From an uncultured delta proteobacterium (GTDB lineage: Bacteria; Desulfobacterota; Binatia; Binatales; Binataceae), in NCBI GenBank assembly GCA_963842085.1, contig CAWJET010000001.1, forward strand, positions 1,225,565 to 1,289,564: a stretch of 64,000 nucleotides of DNA. The letters run 5' to 3'. Positions 48,030 to 57,639 of this stretch are shown one piece after another. The notes below the pieces were generated by a model, which saw only the letters and a program-made list of their open reading frames with translations, did no database searches and had not been told where the DNA came from. The first letter of the stretch is position 1. Every line of letters starts with the position of its first letter. A program made the position numbers and the translations under genes.

Positions 48030-50084
48030 ATGACATCACCGACCACAGGTTCGAAGAATACCCGCTCGAACGGGAGCAAGCGTACCCTGAGTGACGTAAT
48101 TATCGGTCCGGCGCGCGATGTCCGTGACCCCCAGATCTTCCACAACCTTTCGCTGGTCGCATTTCTGGCATGGGTCGGGCTGGGCTCCGACGGTTTGAGC
48201 TCTTCCTGCTATGGCCCTGAAGAAGCTTTCCTGGCACTCGGGCACCATCAGTATTTGGCCGTGTTCCTCGCGATGCTTATGGCGCTGACGGTTTTCATCA
48301 TCTCGGCGTCTTATTCGCAAACGATCGATCTGTTTCCAACTGGCGGTGGCGGTTACCTGGTCGCGACCAAGCTCCTCGGCAAATATTCCGGCCTGGTCTC
48401 AGGATCGGCGCTGGTCGTCGACTACGTGCTGACTATCGCGATTTCGATTGCGAGCGGCGCCGACGCAATTTTCAGCTTTCTGCCGGTCGCATGGCTGCCG
48501 TACAAATTCTGGGTCTGTCTTTTGGTCGTGGTGTTGATGGTGGTGATGAACCTGCGCGGGGTGAAGGAATCGGTGCTGTCGCTGCTGCCGATCTTCCTTG
48601 CCTTTATCGTCATGCATGTGTGGCTGGTCGGCTACGCGATTCTCAGCCGCGCGCCGGAGCTGCCGTCAGTTGTCGGCCACGCCATGCGCGAGGTGCATGC
48701 CAGCACGCACAGCCTGGGGATGTTGGCGGTCGCGGTGATTTTTTTCCGCGCCTATAGCCTTGGCGGCGGCACCTACACCGGAATCGAGGCGGTCAGCAAC
48801 GGCCTGCCGATTCTGCGCGAGCCACGCACCGAGACCGGCAAACGCACGATGATCTACATGGCGATCTCGCTGGCGTTCGTTGCCGGCGGAATTCTGCTCG
48901 GCTACCTGCTGCTCAACGTAGAGGCGGCCACCGGCAAGACCCTCAACGCCGTAATGTTCGATCGGCTTGCTTCCAACTGGCAGCTGTTCGGCTTCAGCGT
49001 TGGCCCCGGGATAGTCACATTCGCGCTCCTGACTGAAGGCGCGTTGCTGTTCGTGGCCGCGCAGACCGGATTCGTGGACGGGCCGCGCGTGCTGGCAACG
49101 ATGGCGTCCGATCGATGGCTGCCGCGACGCTTCGCCAACCTGAGCGCGCGACTGGTGACGCAGGACGGCGTCGTCACGATGGGGCTGGGCGCGATACTGC
49201 TTCTTATCGGCACCGAGGCGAAGGTCGACGTGCTGGTCGTCCTGTACGCGATCAACGTATTCGTTACGTTCACGCTCTCGCAGCTCGGGATGACGACGCA
49301 CTGGTGGCTGGAGCGCAAGAACGAAAAGCGCTGGCGCCGCAAGATGCTCATCAACGGGATCGGGACGCTCTTTACGGCCACCATCCTCATGATCACGCTG
49401 ACGCTCAAGTTCTACGACGGCGGATGGGTTACCGTGGTTATCACCGGCGGCATGATTGCGCTCTGTTACGGGGTAAGGCGGCACTACGAACGCGTATCGA
49501 AGGCGATCGAGCAGCTCGAGGCCGATATTCTGCCCAAGCTGTACGCCGCGAAAAGGCACGAACCGGCCAAACGCGATCCCGAGGCGCCCACGGCCGCCAT
49601 CCTGGTGAGCGGTTACAACGGTCTGGGCCTGGCGACCCTGATCGCGGTAACGCAATTGTTCAAGGACGAATTCCACAACGTGGTTTTCATCGGAGTCGGC
49701 GAGGTCGACGCAGCCTTGTTGAAGGGTCACGAGGAAGTCCACGAGCTCGAGAACCGGATGAGCGAAGACCTCAATGAGTATTGCCAGTTCGCGACTGACC
49801 TGGGACTTCATCCGGAGTTGCGCGCGGGTCTTGCCCCCGACGTGGTCGTCGAGTTGCGCCGCTTGTGTCTGGAAGTCGCGCACGAATTTCCACACGCAGT
49901 GTTCTTCGCCGGCAAGCTCATCTTCTCGGACGAGATGGAAGGGTTCATCGGCCGTTTCCTGCACAATCACACCTCGATGGAACTCCAGAACTGGCTCCAA
50001 CTCTACGGATACAGTCTTGTGATTCTGCCGATCCGCGTGGGGATCGGCTCGATGGCGAGAGTGCCAATCTCAAGGGCAGCGTAA
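48030..50084 (+). CDS. APC-superfamily amino-acid permease with ~230-aa C-terminal cytoplasmic (Usp-like) domain
   Basis: 12-TM APC core (..GGGYLVATKLLGKYSG.. ..VVDYVLTIAISIASGADA..). Long hydrophilic tail. Confidence 0.8.
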   Translation: MTSPTTGSKNTRSNGSKRTLSDVIIGPARDVRDPQIFHNLSLVAFLAWVGLGSDGLSSSCYGPEEAFLALGHHQYLAVFLAMLMALTVFIISASYSQTIDLFPTGGGGYLVATKLLGKYSGLVSGSALVVDYVLTIAISIASGADAIFSFLPVAWLPYKFWVCLLVVVLMVVMNLRGVKESVLSLLPIFLAFIVMHVWLVGYAILSRAPELPSVVGHAMREVHASTHSLGMLAVAVIFFRAYSLGGGTYTGIEAVSNGLPILREPRTETGKRTMIYMAISLAFVAGGILLGYLLLNVEAATGKTLNAVMFDRLASNWQLFGFSVGPGIVTFALLTEGALLFVAAQTGFVDGPRVLATMASDRWLPRRFANLSARLVTQDGVVTMGLGAILLLIGTEAKVDVLVVLYAINVFVTFTLSQLGMTTHWWLERKNEKRWRRKMLINGIGTLFTATILMITLTLKFYDGGWVTVVITGGMIALCYGVRRHYERVSKAIEQLEADILPKLYAAKRHEPAKRDPEAPTAAILVSGYNGLGLATLIAVTQLFKDEFHNVVFIGVGEVDAALLKGHEEVHELENRMSEDLNEYCQFATDLGLHPELRAGLAPDVVVELRRLCLEVAHEFPHAVFFAGKLIFSDEMEGFIGRFLHNHTSMELQNWLQLYGYSLVILPIRVGIGSMARVPISRAA

Positions 50085-50299
50085 TTTCCCTCTGAGGCGT
50101 TCGACGTAGCCGTTCTGCTATGGCGAGCGGGAGGGTCGGACGATCGCGGACCCTGCGGTCTACCAAAAGCTCCGAAAGCGGCGAAAAGTCTAGAGTTTTG
50201 AGAATCACTGCCTTAGTGTCGGCGCCATGCATAAGCCCGAGCGATCAATCGTCTCTATGCTTGCCCGTCGATTCCGTAGTCGGGCGGTGGTCGAGCTAT

Positions 50300-50486
50300 A
50301 GAATCTCGCGCTCCGCCCTCAACTGCACGTTCTTCGCCGCCAGCGGCCGGGTCGACCGCGGCTGCCTACTTTCGACAGCTTATCTCTGGGTCTTGCGCTA
50401 CCGACTCTGGCCGCGCTGTTTGGACGCGATGGTGTTGGTCAAGCCGGCAACGGTAATCCAATGGCACCGGCAGGGATTCCGTGCGG
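50300..50486 (+). pseudogene. Remnant of an rve-type transposase N-terminus (related to 51366..52400)
   Basis: ..CLDAMVLVKPATVIQWHRQGFRA vs ..VLDAIVIVKPETVLGWHRRGFRA in the intact copy. Confidence 0.4.
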
Positions 50487-50737
50487 CGCTGGCCGACACG
50501 TTCGACAGATCGAGTTACGCCAACGGCACTGCGCGATTGTTATCGAGCGCGAGCGGCGTCGCGGATTGGAGATCTGCGATCGGCGGAACGCATGGCCCGC
50601 CGCGCAGCATTCTGCTAACTCAAATCTCGATGAACCCCGCCACGCTGCCGAGCCTCACGCTTGTGCACAGCGAGGTTTCCACACCTATCGGGGTTTGAGG
50701 CGCAACGCAGATGATGAAGCACCTGCCTCTCTGTTAT

Positions 50738-50830
50738 CACGTTGCGTAGGCCGATGCGCCGCTGTAAAAAAAACCAATCGCTAGAACGAGGAAGGTGCCG
50801 ACCAACAAGAGAGCTGCTTCGATAGCCATT
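50738..50830 (-). CDS. Small hydrophobic peptide (30 aa)
   Basis: MAIEAALLLVGTFLVLAIGFFYSGASAYAT with strong RBS GGGAGGA. Below the ORF-track cutoff. Confidence 0.3.
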
Positions 50831-51365
50831 GTTGGAATCCTCCCTGTAGAGATTAAAGATTTTCTTACCGCTGAACAACGGATATTGCAATAAGGAACGG
50901 GCCAGCGACGGAGGGATCCATTGCCGACCCGAGCACCGGTTGCCGTAAGTGTGGCGGCGAGCCTATTGTGCGTTCGTGGGGATAGTGGTGGGGAGTATCT
51001 TCCCGCCCAGCGCCAGCGTGGATTCTCCCCTCCATGCTAGCGCACTTCGTCGCATGATTCCTCATCCCATCTGATTTCGGCTTCGCTCCTGTTTATCCCA
51101 GCAAATGAAGCCACCCTCAAATCAAAAGACGCCAGTCAATGGCTGTCGCGCTGAGATGACGCCAGTACCGGCGTAGGGTCGGGACCTGATCGCCGAGAAG
51201 GTTGACGGCGCTGGCCGACACGTTCGCCAGATCGCAGTGTGCGGGCGCATTGCGAGATCGTCATCCAGCGCGAGCGGGGTAGCGGGCTTGAGATCTCATA
51301 TCGGCGGAATGAATGAGCGCCTGTGCTTCGTCAAAACGTCATCCGCGTGACGAAGCTCGGCGAGT

Positions 51366-52400
51366 GTGATAGTCGAACGCGCAATGTTTGGTTTGCTGAC
51401 TCGGGTTTTGCGCACGCTGCTGTCGGTGCTTGCTGCTCGCGGCTCGCGTGAGGCCGAGATCCTCGTCCTGCGCCAGCAGCTATTGGTTCTGAGCCGCAAG
51501 GCGCCAAAGCGCGCCCGACTGCGAAACATCGATCGCCTGATTCTCGTCTGGCTGTCTCGGCTCTTCCCGTCGGTGTTGGATGCCATAGTCATCGTCAAGC
51601 CTGAGACTGTGCTGGGCTGGCATCGACGCGGGTTCCGCGCCTACTGGCGCTGGAAGTCCTGGCGGCGTGGCGGACGGCCCCGGATCGATCGCGAGCTCCG
51701 CGAGTTGATCCTCCGTATGAGCAGAGAAAATCCGCTCTGGGGCGCGCCCCGGATCCATGGCGAACTGCTGATGCTCGGGATCGACGTCAGCGAATCAACC
51801 GTTGGACGATACATGGTCAGGACGCGGCGACCGCGCTCGCAGGGTTGGAAGACCTTCCTGCGCAACCAGGCCGCCGGGATCGCCTCCATCGATCTATTCG
51901 TAGTCAGAACCATCTCGTTCAAGCTGCTCTACGGACTAGTGATCCTCCACCACGCCCGAAGGCGGCTGGCGAGGATCGCCGTGACCACTAATCCGACCGC
52001 AGAATGGATCGCAGGCCAGGTGACCGAAGCCTTTCCCTGGAGCGAAGCGCCGCGTCATCTGATCCGTGACCGCGACCGTGCGTTCGGATCGGCGTACACC
52101 CGGCGGGTTCATGCGATGGGTATCCGCGATCATCCAACTGCGGCACGCTCGCCCTGGCAGAACGGACACGTCGAGCGGCTCATTGGCTCGGTTCGGCGCG
52201 AATGCCTCGACCACGTCTTGGTGTTCGGCGAAGCGGATCTGCGTCGCGTCCTCAAAACCTACGCCGGCTACTACAACAAGGTCCGAACCCACTTGTCGTT
52301 AGACAAAGACGCGCCCCACTGCCGACGCACACAGACCGTCGGTGCCATCGTCGCAGTGCCGGTTCTCAAGGGACTCCATCATCAATACGTTCGAGTTTGA
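51366..52400 (+). CDS. DDE transposase/integrase-core protein (rve; IS481/IS3-like)
   Basis: 344 aa. ..IVKPETVLGWHRRGFRAYW.. N-domain. rve core with ..SPWQNGHVERLIGSVRRE.. Confidence 0.75.
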   Translation: MIVERAMFGLLTRVLRTLLSVLAARGSREAEILVLRQQLLVLSRKAPKRARLRNIDRLILVWLSRLFPSVLDAIVIVKPETVLGWHRRGFRAYWRWKSWRRGGRPRIDRELRELILRMSRENPLWGAPRIHGELLMLGIDVSESTVGRYMVRTRRPRSQGWKTFLRNQAAGIASIDLFVVRTISFKLLYGLVILHHARRRLARIAVTTNPTAEWIAGQVTEAFPWSEAPRHLIRDRDRAFGSAYTRRVHAMGIRDHPTAARSPWQNGHVERLIGSVRRECLDHVLVFGEADLRRVLKTYAGYYNKVRTHLSLDKDAPHCRRTQTVGAIVAVPVLKGLHHQYVRV

Positions 52401-52655
52401 ATTTTGATTATGGACAGGCCACCGAGACACATGATCACGTAGAGCATGATCATCGCCCCGAGCGTGCTCTTGCCAGATTTTTTGGGCGCCGAAAAGATCA
52501 GTTCGGAATACAGCAGCCGGCCATCCGCGGTCAGCCTCAGCGCTTTCGACAGGAAACGTCGTTGCGCGCGGTTTAGTTCGAACGGCTGGTTGGTCTCAGG
52601 GTTGCGCAGAACTTAGCCAATGAACGCGATCGGATCGTGGCGCCAGCGCGCGATG

Positions 52656-53099
52656 TCATTCGGGCTTATCGCCACTGACGACCTCCTCGTCCTTCCCGGC
52701 CTGCACTATGGCAAGCGCGAGATCGAACTGCGCGCGCGTTCCCGACGCCCGGATCGCCATCCTCGATGCCGGTGTCAGGCCCAGTTCACGTTCGTAAGCG
52801 AGTTGCGCTTGGCGGAGCTGTCGCAATTCGGTGAGAAGGCGCCGTGGTTCGCCTTCAGAGTTCGTCACCCCGTTGACGACCAGTTCGGCAAATATGCTCG
52901 CACCAAGAATTTCAAACTCAGCCCACGCACGCGCGGCCGGAATGTCGCTCGGTTCGAGCCATGGCAGCACGCGTCGCATCTTCTCGACCAGCCGTCGCAC
53001 GCGTCGATGGCGAAGTCTGAGACCGCTAGCCGCTTTCAAATACAGTCCGGTTCGCGCGCGTCGTACGCCCGAAGCCAGTCTTTCGTCTTGAGCATCCAT
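52656..53099 (-). CDS. Phage terminase small subunit (P27 family), probable prophage remnant
   Basis: 147 aa. ..ERELGLTPASRMAIRA.. motif typical of the P27-family small terminase. Confidence 0.5.
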   Translation of the reverse strand: MDAQDERLASGVRRARTGLYLKAASGLRLRHRRVRRLVEKMRRVLPWLEPSDIPAARAWAEFEILGASIFAELVVNGVTNSEGEPRRLLTELRQLRQAQLAYERELGLTPASRMAIRASGTRAQFDLALAIVQAGKDEEVVSGDKPE

Positions 53100-53176
53100 A
53101 GGAACCTCTACTCTTCAACTTAGGGGAAAATTTCCCTGATGCTCTTCGTGAGACAAATCGTGCGACACGCTAAAAT

Positions 53177-54034
53177 ATGAAACGTATGCGACCGATTCAG
53201 ATCTGGCTTCCGACTCTTGGGCCGAGTCCGAATCTGAGCGAAGTGGCTCGCGACCGCGACCGCGCGTTCCGGGCTTGGGAAGGCGAGTCGAGCGTTTGGC
53301 TGATGCCCGACCTAAACAGGCAGACCCGCTGGGACAAGGACGGAATCCGAGACTTGGCCATCCCTGCCGAGCGTTTCGATCACTTGGAAGTGTTTCATGT
53401 CAGTGAAAAAGGCCAAGTCTCTGGGCCCTCGGTTAACGACTATTTCCCGGGAGGGCGGCTAGATGGCTTGCTCCAGGCCTGGCTTAACGTGTGGAAGCTC
53501 GGCGGCGTCGCCCTCCATCCCGTGCCAAATCACTTCGAAATGGAAGTTCCGGAGATCACTTCCAATGGCGTTCGATATCGCAAGAGGAAGATCACTTTAG
53601 AGGGCGCACCCTCATTCCCCCTCCACCCTCCAGAACCCAATTCGGAAACCTCGGAGCTTCGATGGCCTCCAAGAGGTTGCCCGCCTACGGTTTCTCCGGA
53701 CGCTGAAATCATGACTCGCCGGTCGCATACCGGCACCCACGCCGATGACAAACGCTTGACTCTAGAGTCCGGTGGCATGCTGATGCAATTTCTCCTTAAC
53801 TGGCCCAAACCCCTCGATAACTTCCTGCCGATCTTGAGCGGTTTGGACGACCTGTCCTGCCAAGCCATCATGTCGGACATTGCACGAGATAGCCGGCGCG
53901 AACAGGAGAGATCGATCATCAAAGTCCGGGAGCTCTGCTTGCCGACGAGAATTGGCGGAAGGAACTGGCGCGCCCAGTTTCACGGGTATTTGACCGGCAA
54001 GGCCAGGCGCAATCGGTTGGACTCGTTTGGCTGA
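53177..54034 (+). CDS. Hypothetical protein
   Basis: 285 aa ORF, no recognisable motif. Confidence 0.4.
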   Translation: MKRMRPIQIWLPTLGPSPNLSEVARDRDRAFRAWEGESSVWLMPDLNRQTRWDKDGIRDLAIPAERFDHLEVFHVSEKGQVSGPSVNDYFPGGRLDGLLQAWLNVWKLGGVALHPVPNHFEMEVPEITSNGVRYRKRKITLEGAPSFPLHPPEPNSETSELRWPPRGCPPTVSPDAEIMTRRSHTGTHADDKRLTLESGGMLMQFLLNWPKPLDNFLPILSGLDDLSCQAIMSDIARDSRREQERSIIKVRELCLPTRIGGRNWRAQFHGYLTGKARRNRLDSFG

Positions 54035-54244
54035 TGGCAGTCTTGGTGGCAGTTGTGGTCGGAGAACCTGAAATTAGGAACTAGAAGCGATACCCTGTCG
54101 GTACCGAAAACCGGTCTTCTCTTTTAACCAGCCAAACTCGCCGGCAAACTTTAGGTTGTTCGCGCGGTCTCGCCGCTGCCCGAAGTGAATGATGTTCCGC
54201 CTCTTGGCAATCGATGTTGTGACGGCGCGAGCCCGCCGCAACGC

Positions 54245-54277
54245 ATTCTTACAAGCCGGGGGCGCAGGTTCGAAACC
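54245..54277 (+). other. tRNA-like 3' fragment (T-arm + acceptor), possible att remnant
   Basis: GCAGGTTCGAAACCCTGCACCACCCA. No 5' acceptor partner (GGGTGGT) upstream. T-loop has an unusual 8 nt. Confidence 0.25.
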
Positions 54278-54471
54278 CTGCACCACCCACAGTAGAGTCA
54301 GGCGCTTACGAGATTCGGCTCGCTCCCCTCAGTCGTCTGGTGCTGGTTGGAAATGCGCGACTATCCCCAAAAACATCACAGCTACGGTTCGCGGTTTCGC
54401 CCGAATCTACCCTGCTCAAAATGAAGGCTTGCCGAGAACCGTTCATTTTGGAAACCGCCCACACACGGTAC

Positions 54472-54598
54472 CTAGCAGGTTGCGGAAAAAGGGTTTTTGA
54501 CTCCTGATGACATTGATCCAAGACGCATTCTCGTGATCGTAGTAATGCTTACTCTTCGCCGAAATCGTCTTTCATTGAGTTTTTCCGCAACCTGCTAG
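54472..54598. mobile_element. 127-bp MITE, copy 1, with 19-bp TIRs CTAGCAGGTTGCGGAAAAA (IS5-derived)
   Basis: Identical to copy 2 at 62920..63046. TIRs differ at one position from those of the IS5-family element at 37910..39192. CTAG borders. Confidence 0.75.
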
Positions 54599-54616
54599 CA
54601 CCTGCTGAACGAGGCG

Positions 54617-55951
54617 TCATTCAATATGGTATCGCTTTCTCTTGCGCCAGAGCGTTGGGATGCTTATGCCGAGGGTGGCGGCGGCATCTTCGAGCGTCGG
54701 AGCAACCGCCAGCACTCGCTTGATGTGTTCTTCCTCCAGCTCCTCGAGGCTTGAATCGGCTGATAGCTGGATCGGGCGCTGAGTGCTCGGCACAAAGAGC
54801 ACGTCCGAGAGATCTTCCTTGCGTATGACCGTGCCCCGGCTCAGAACGACCGCACGTTCCACCACGTTGCGAAGCTCTCTGATGTTCCCCGGCCACGGAT
54901 ATGGAATCAGGGCCTTCCTGGCCTCATCTGAGAACCGGAGATCAGGGCGGCGATTTCGCGCAGCCGCCTCGGACAACAGCTTCTCGGCCAGTGGCAGAAT
55001 ATCCTCAGGGTGCTCGCGTAGTGCGGGTACTCGGAGGCTGATCACGTTGAGCCGGTAATACAAGTCTGCTCGGAACCGGCTGGCTGCGATCTCCTGTTGC
55101 AGGTCGCGATTAGTGGCAGCGATGACGCGCGCGTCGACCGAAATGGTCTCTTGCCCACCAATCCTTTCGAAGCATCCGTCCTGCAGGAAACGAAGAAATT
55201 TCGTCTGAAGAGATAGCGACAGCTCCGCGATCTCGTCAAGAAACAGCGTGCCCTGATTCGCCGCTTCGAGCCGGCCCGGTTTGTCCTTAATCGCGCCCGT
55301 AAAGGACCCCTTCATATGGCCGAACAGTTCGCTTTCCAGCAGATGCTCTGAAAGGGTGGTGCAATTCACCGTTACGAAAGGATGCTCGTGTCGCGGGCTC
55401 CACTCATGTATCTGGCGCGCGAGCACATTCTTGCCGGTACCGCTCTCGCCGGTGAGCAGAATACTCGCCTCGCTGCCGGCCGCCGTGAACGCGACTTCGA
55501 TCAGCTCGCGAAACCGAGTGTCGGCGGAGGCCAGCAACGGAACGCCGTCGATCGAGTCGCGCAGTGCACGATTTTGAGAGCGCAAATTCTGGACCTCGAG
55601 AGCGCGCTCAACCGCGTGCTGAACCTGATCAAGGGAAAACGGCTTGATGAAATAATCATATGCACCCGCCTTCATGGCCGCGACTGCGTTGTCGATCGTG
55701 CCGTAAGCGGTCATGAGAATCACAATTGTTCCGGGAAACTTCGCCTTGATGCTTTTGAGCAGCTCCAAACCATTCATCTCGGCCATCCGCCAATCGCTCA
55801 AGACCAGGTCGAAGTCCCCGCACTTCGACATAACATCCAGCGCCTGGCGCCCGCTGTCCGCGGTGGCAACCTGGTAATTGCAAGACTCGAGGAACTTGGC
55901 GAGTGTCTGCCGAATGTTCCTTTCGTCATCTACGATCAGCAGTTTAGGCAT
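54617..55951 (-). CDS. Sigma-54-dependent response regulator (NtrC family: REC + AAA+ + Fis HTH)
   Basis: 444 aa. ..LVLSDWRMAEMNG.. receiver. GESGTGKN Walker A. ESELFGHMKGSFTGA. ..WPGNIRELRNVVERA.. Confidence 0.9.
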   Translation of the reverse strand: MPKLLIVDDERNIRQTLAKFLESCNYQVATADSGRQALDVMSKCGDFDLVLSDWRMAEMNGLELLKSIKAKFPGTIVILMTAYGTIDNAVAAMKAGAYDYFIKPFSLDQVQHAVERALEVQNLRSQNRALRDSIDGVPLLASADTRFRELIEVAFTAAGSEASILLTGESGTGKNVLARQIHEWSPRHEHPFVTVNCTTLSEHLLESELFGHMKGSFTGAIKDKPGRLEAANQGTLFLDEIAELSLSLQTKFLRFLQDGCFERIGGQETISVDARVIAATNRDLQQEIAASRFRADLYYRLNVISLRVPALREHPEDILPLAEKLLSEAAARNRRPDLRFSDEARKALIPYPWPGNIRELRNVVERAVVLSRGTVIRKEDLSDVLFVPSTQRPIQLSADSSLEELEEEHIKRVLAVAPTLEDAAATLGISIPTLWRKRKRYHIE

Positions 55952-57021
55952 CAGGACTCCAGGGAAAGCGGCAGCGTCAACGCTACTCTGCCGCCGTCTT
56001 GAAACGTTTCCGCGAACAATCTGCCGCCGTGCGCCTCGACGATCTCCCTCGCGATCGCGAGGCTGACTCCGCCTTCGGGGTTGTCCAAGACTGCGCCGGC
56101 CTGAGGCGTATTCTCGAAGATCAGTTCTCGAACACGAGGCGGAATTCCCGGGCCGCTGTCCCAGACAGATACTCTGACCTGTCTGTCTTCCTGCTCCGCA
56201 GTCAAATCGATCCTTCCCATCTCAGGAGTATAGCGCAGCGCATTGCCGACAAGAGTAGCTATCACCCACGACAGCTTCAGCGGATCGCCTGTGACTGCCG
56301 GAATCTTTTCGGCGCGCACCGCGAATTGGATTTTCCGACGCTCAAACCGGCCTTCAAATTTTCTGCAAACGAAGTCGAACAGAGTCCTGAGTTCGAAATC
56401 CATATTCTCAAGCGCGATCGATCCTGGTCGCCCGCGCACAAAATTAAGAAAGTCAGCAGATGCATGGTTGAGCCGATCAACATCTTCGATGATCTCACGG
56501 ATCAGTTCGTTCTGCTCCTCTCTGCCGCGTTGCAGTAGTCCCGCTGCCAGAGACAGGGATGTCAGCGGAGTATTGAGCCGCTGGGCAACGGCCGCGACAG
56601 CGGTATCGTGAGCCCTGCTTCTTTCGCGACGTAGGGAAATATCATGAAGGACGACCAACGTACCAAGAGAATTGCCGCTCCCGTGGCGCAGCGGGGCAGC
56701 CTTCAGAAGATATTCATGATCGCGGCCTTGCACTGTCAGACTAACTTCCGCCTGCTGCTCGCCGGGTGGAAAGCTCCTGGCGCTTTCGAGCGCCGCTCGA
56801 ACGAGCGGGAAACTGGCGCAGTGATGTTCGATGTCGTGATTGAATTGATGACCGATGACTCGATCGCGATCGATGGCCAGGATCTCAGCAGCCGCCCGAT
56901 TCATGTGGACGACGGTCCCGGCCTGATCGAGGACGAACGCAGGTTCGTCAAGACTATCGACTATCGCCGCGGCCCGATCGTCTTCAGTGGAAGATCCTCG
57001 CCGTACCGTCTGCGCGGCCAT
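55951..57021 (-). CDS. PAS-domain sensor histidine kinase
   Basis: 356 aa. PAS (..FVLDQAGTVVHMNRAAAEIL..). HisKA. HATPase (..DSGPGIPP..GGVSLAIAREIVEAHGGRL..). Confidence 0.85.
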   Translation of the reverse strand: MAAQTVRRGSSTEDDRAAAIVDSLDEPAFVLDQAGTVVHMNRAAAEILAIDRDRVIGHQFNHDIEHHCASFPLVRAALESARSFPPGEQQAEVSLTVQGRDHEYLLKAAPLRHGSGNSLGTLVVLHDISLRRERSRAHDTAVAAVAQRLNTPLTSLSLAAGLLQRGREEQNELIREIIEDVDRLNHASADFLNFVRGRPGSIALENMDFELRTLFDFVCRKFEGRFERRKIQFAVRAEKIPAVTGDPLKLSWVIATLVGNALRYTPEMGRIDLTAEQEDRQVRVSVWDSGPGIPPRVRELIFENTPQAGAVLDNPEGGVSLAIAREIVEAHGGRLFAETFQDGGRVALTLPLSLES

Positions 57022-57030
57022 CCAAGTGAT

Positions 57031-57627
57031 CTACTTCGTCATGGCGGTCGGTTGATTGCCGGTGGTTGCGTCGAGCGCGAGATTGAGTTCCAGGACGTTC
57101 ACGCCGGGCTCGCCCAGAAACCCAGCCCATCGCGGCTGCGTGTTGGCGTTGACGAGGGCACGCACAGTATCCGCGCTGATGCCACGAACCTTGGCCACCC
57201 GTTCAATTTGAATCTCGGCGGCAGCGGGGCTGATCTGCGGGTCAAGGCCGCTGCCGGAGGCTGTTACCATATCCACCGGGACCTGCGACGCCGAAACACT
57301 ATCTTCCTCCACAACGGCCTTGGTCCGCTGCTTGACGGAATCGATAAAGCTCTTGTTGGTCGGGCCAAGGTTAGAACCGCCTGAGCTGGTCGGATCATAG
57401 CCGTTGTTTCCCGCGGCAGAAGGGCGGGGATGAAAGTAGCGAGCGGCTTTGAAGTTCTGGGCTATCAGCGCGGATCCTACGGGCGATCCGTTCCGATAGA
57501 TCAGGCTGCCGCCAGCCTGGTCGGGAAATAATACGTGACCGACCTCAAGCATCGCGATTGGATACACTATCCCAGTCAAAAGGGTCAGGACGACCGTCAT
57601 CTTGATAGCAACCATCAGAGAACGCAT
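57031..57627 (-). CDS. kdpC: K+-transporting ATPase subunit C
   Basis: 198 aa. ..LLTGIVYPIAM.. N-terminal TM, ..VPVDMVTASGSGLDPQISPAAA.., ..GEPGVNVLELNLALD. Confidence 0.9.
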   Translation of the reverse strand: MRSLMVAIKMTVVLTLLTGIVYPIAMLEVGHVLFPDQAGGSLIYRNGSPVGSALIAQNFKAARYFHPRPSAAGNNGYDPTSSGGSNLGPTNKSFIDSVKQRTKAVVEEDSVSASQVPVDMVTASGSGLDPQISPAAAEIQIERVAKVRGISADTVRALVNANTQPRWAGFLGEPGVNVLELNLALDATTGNQPTAMTK

Positions 57628-57639
57628 TCGAATTCTCCT

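Noticed and set aside
48666-50000. 444-aa antisense ORF opposite the APC permease
   Set aside because: The product is Arg/His-rich and low-complexity. The permease frame has the expected 12-TM hydropathy pattern.
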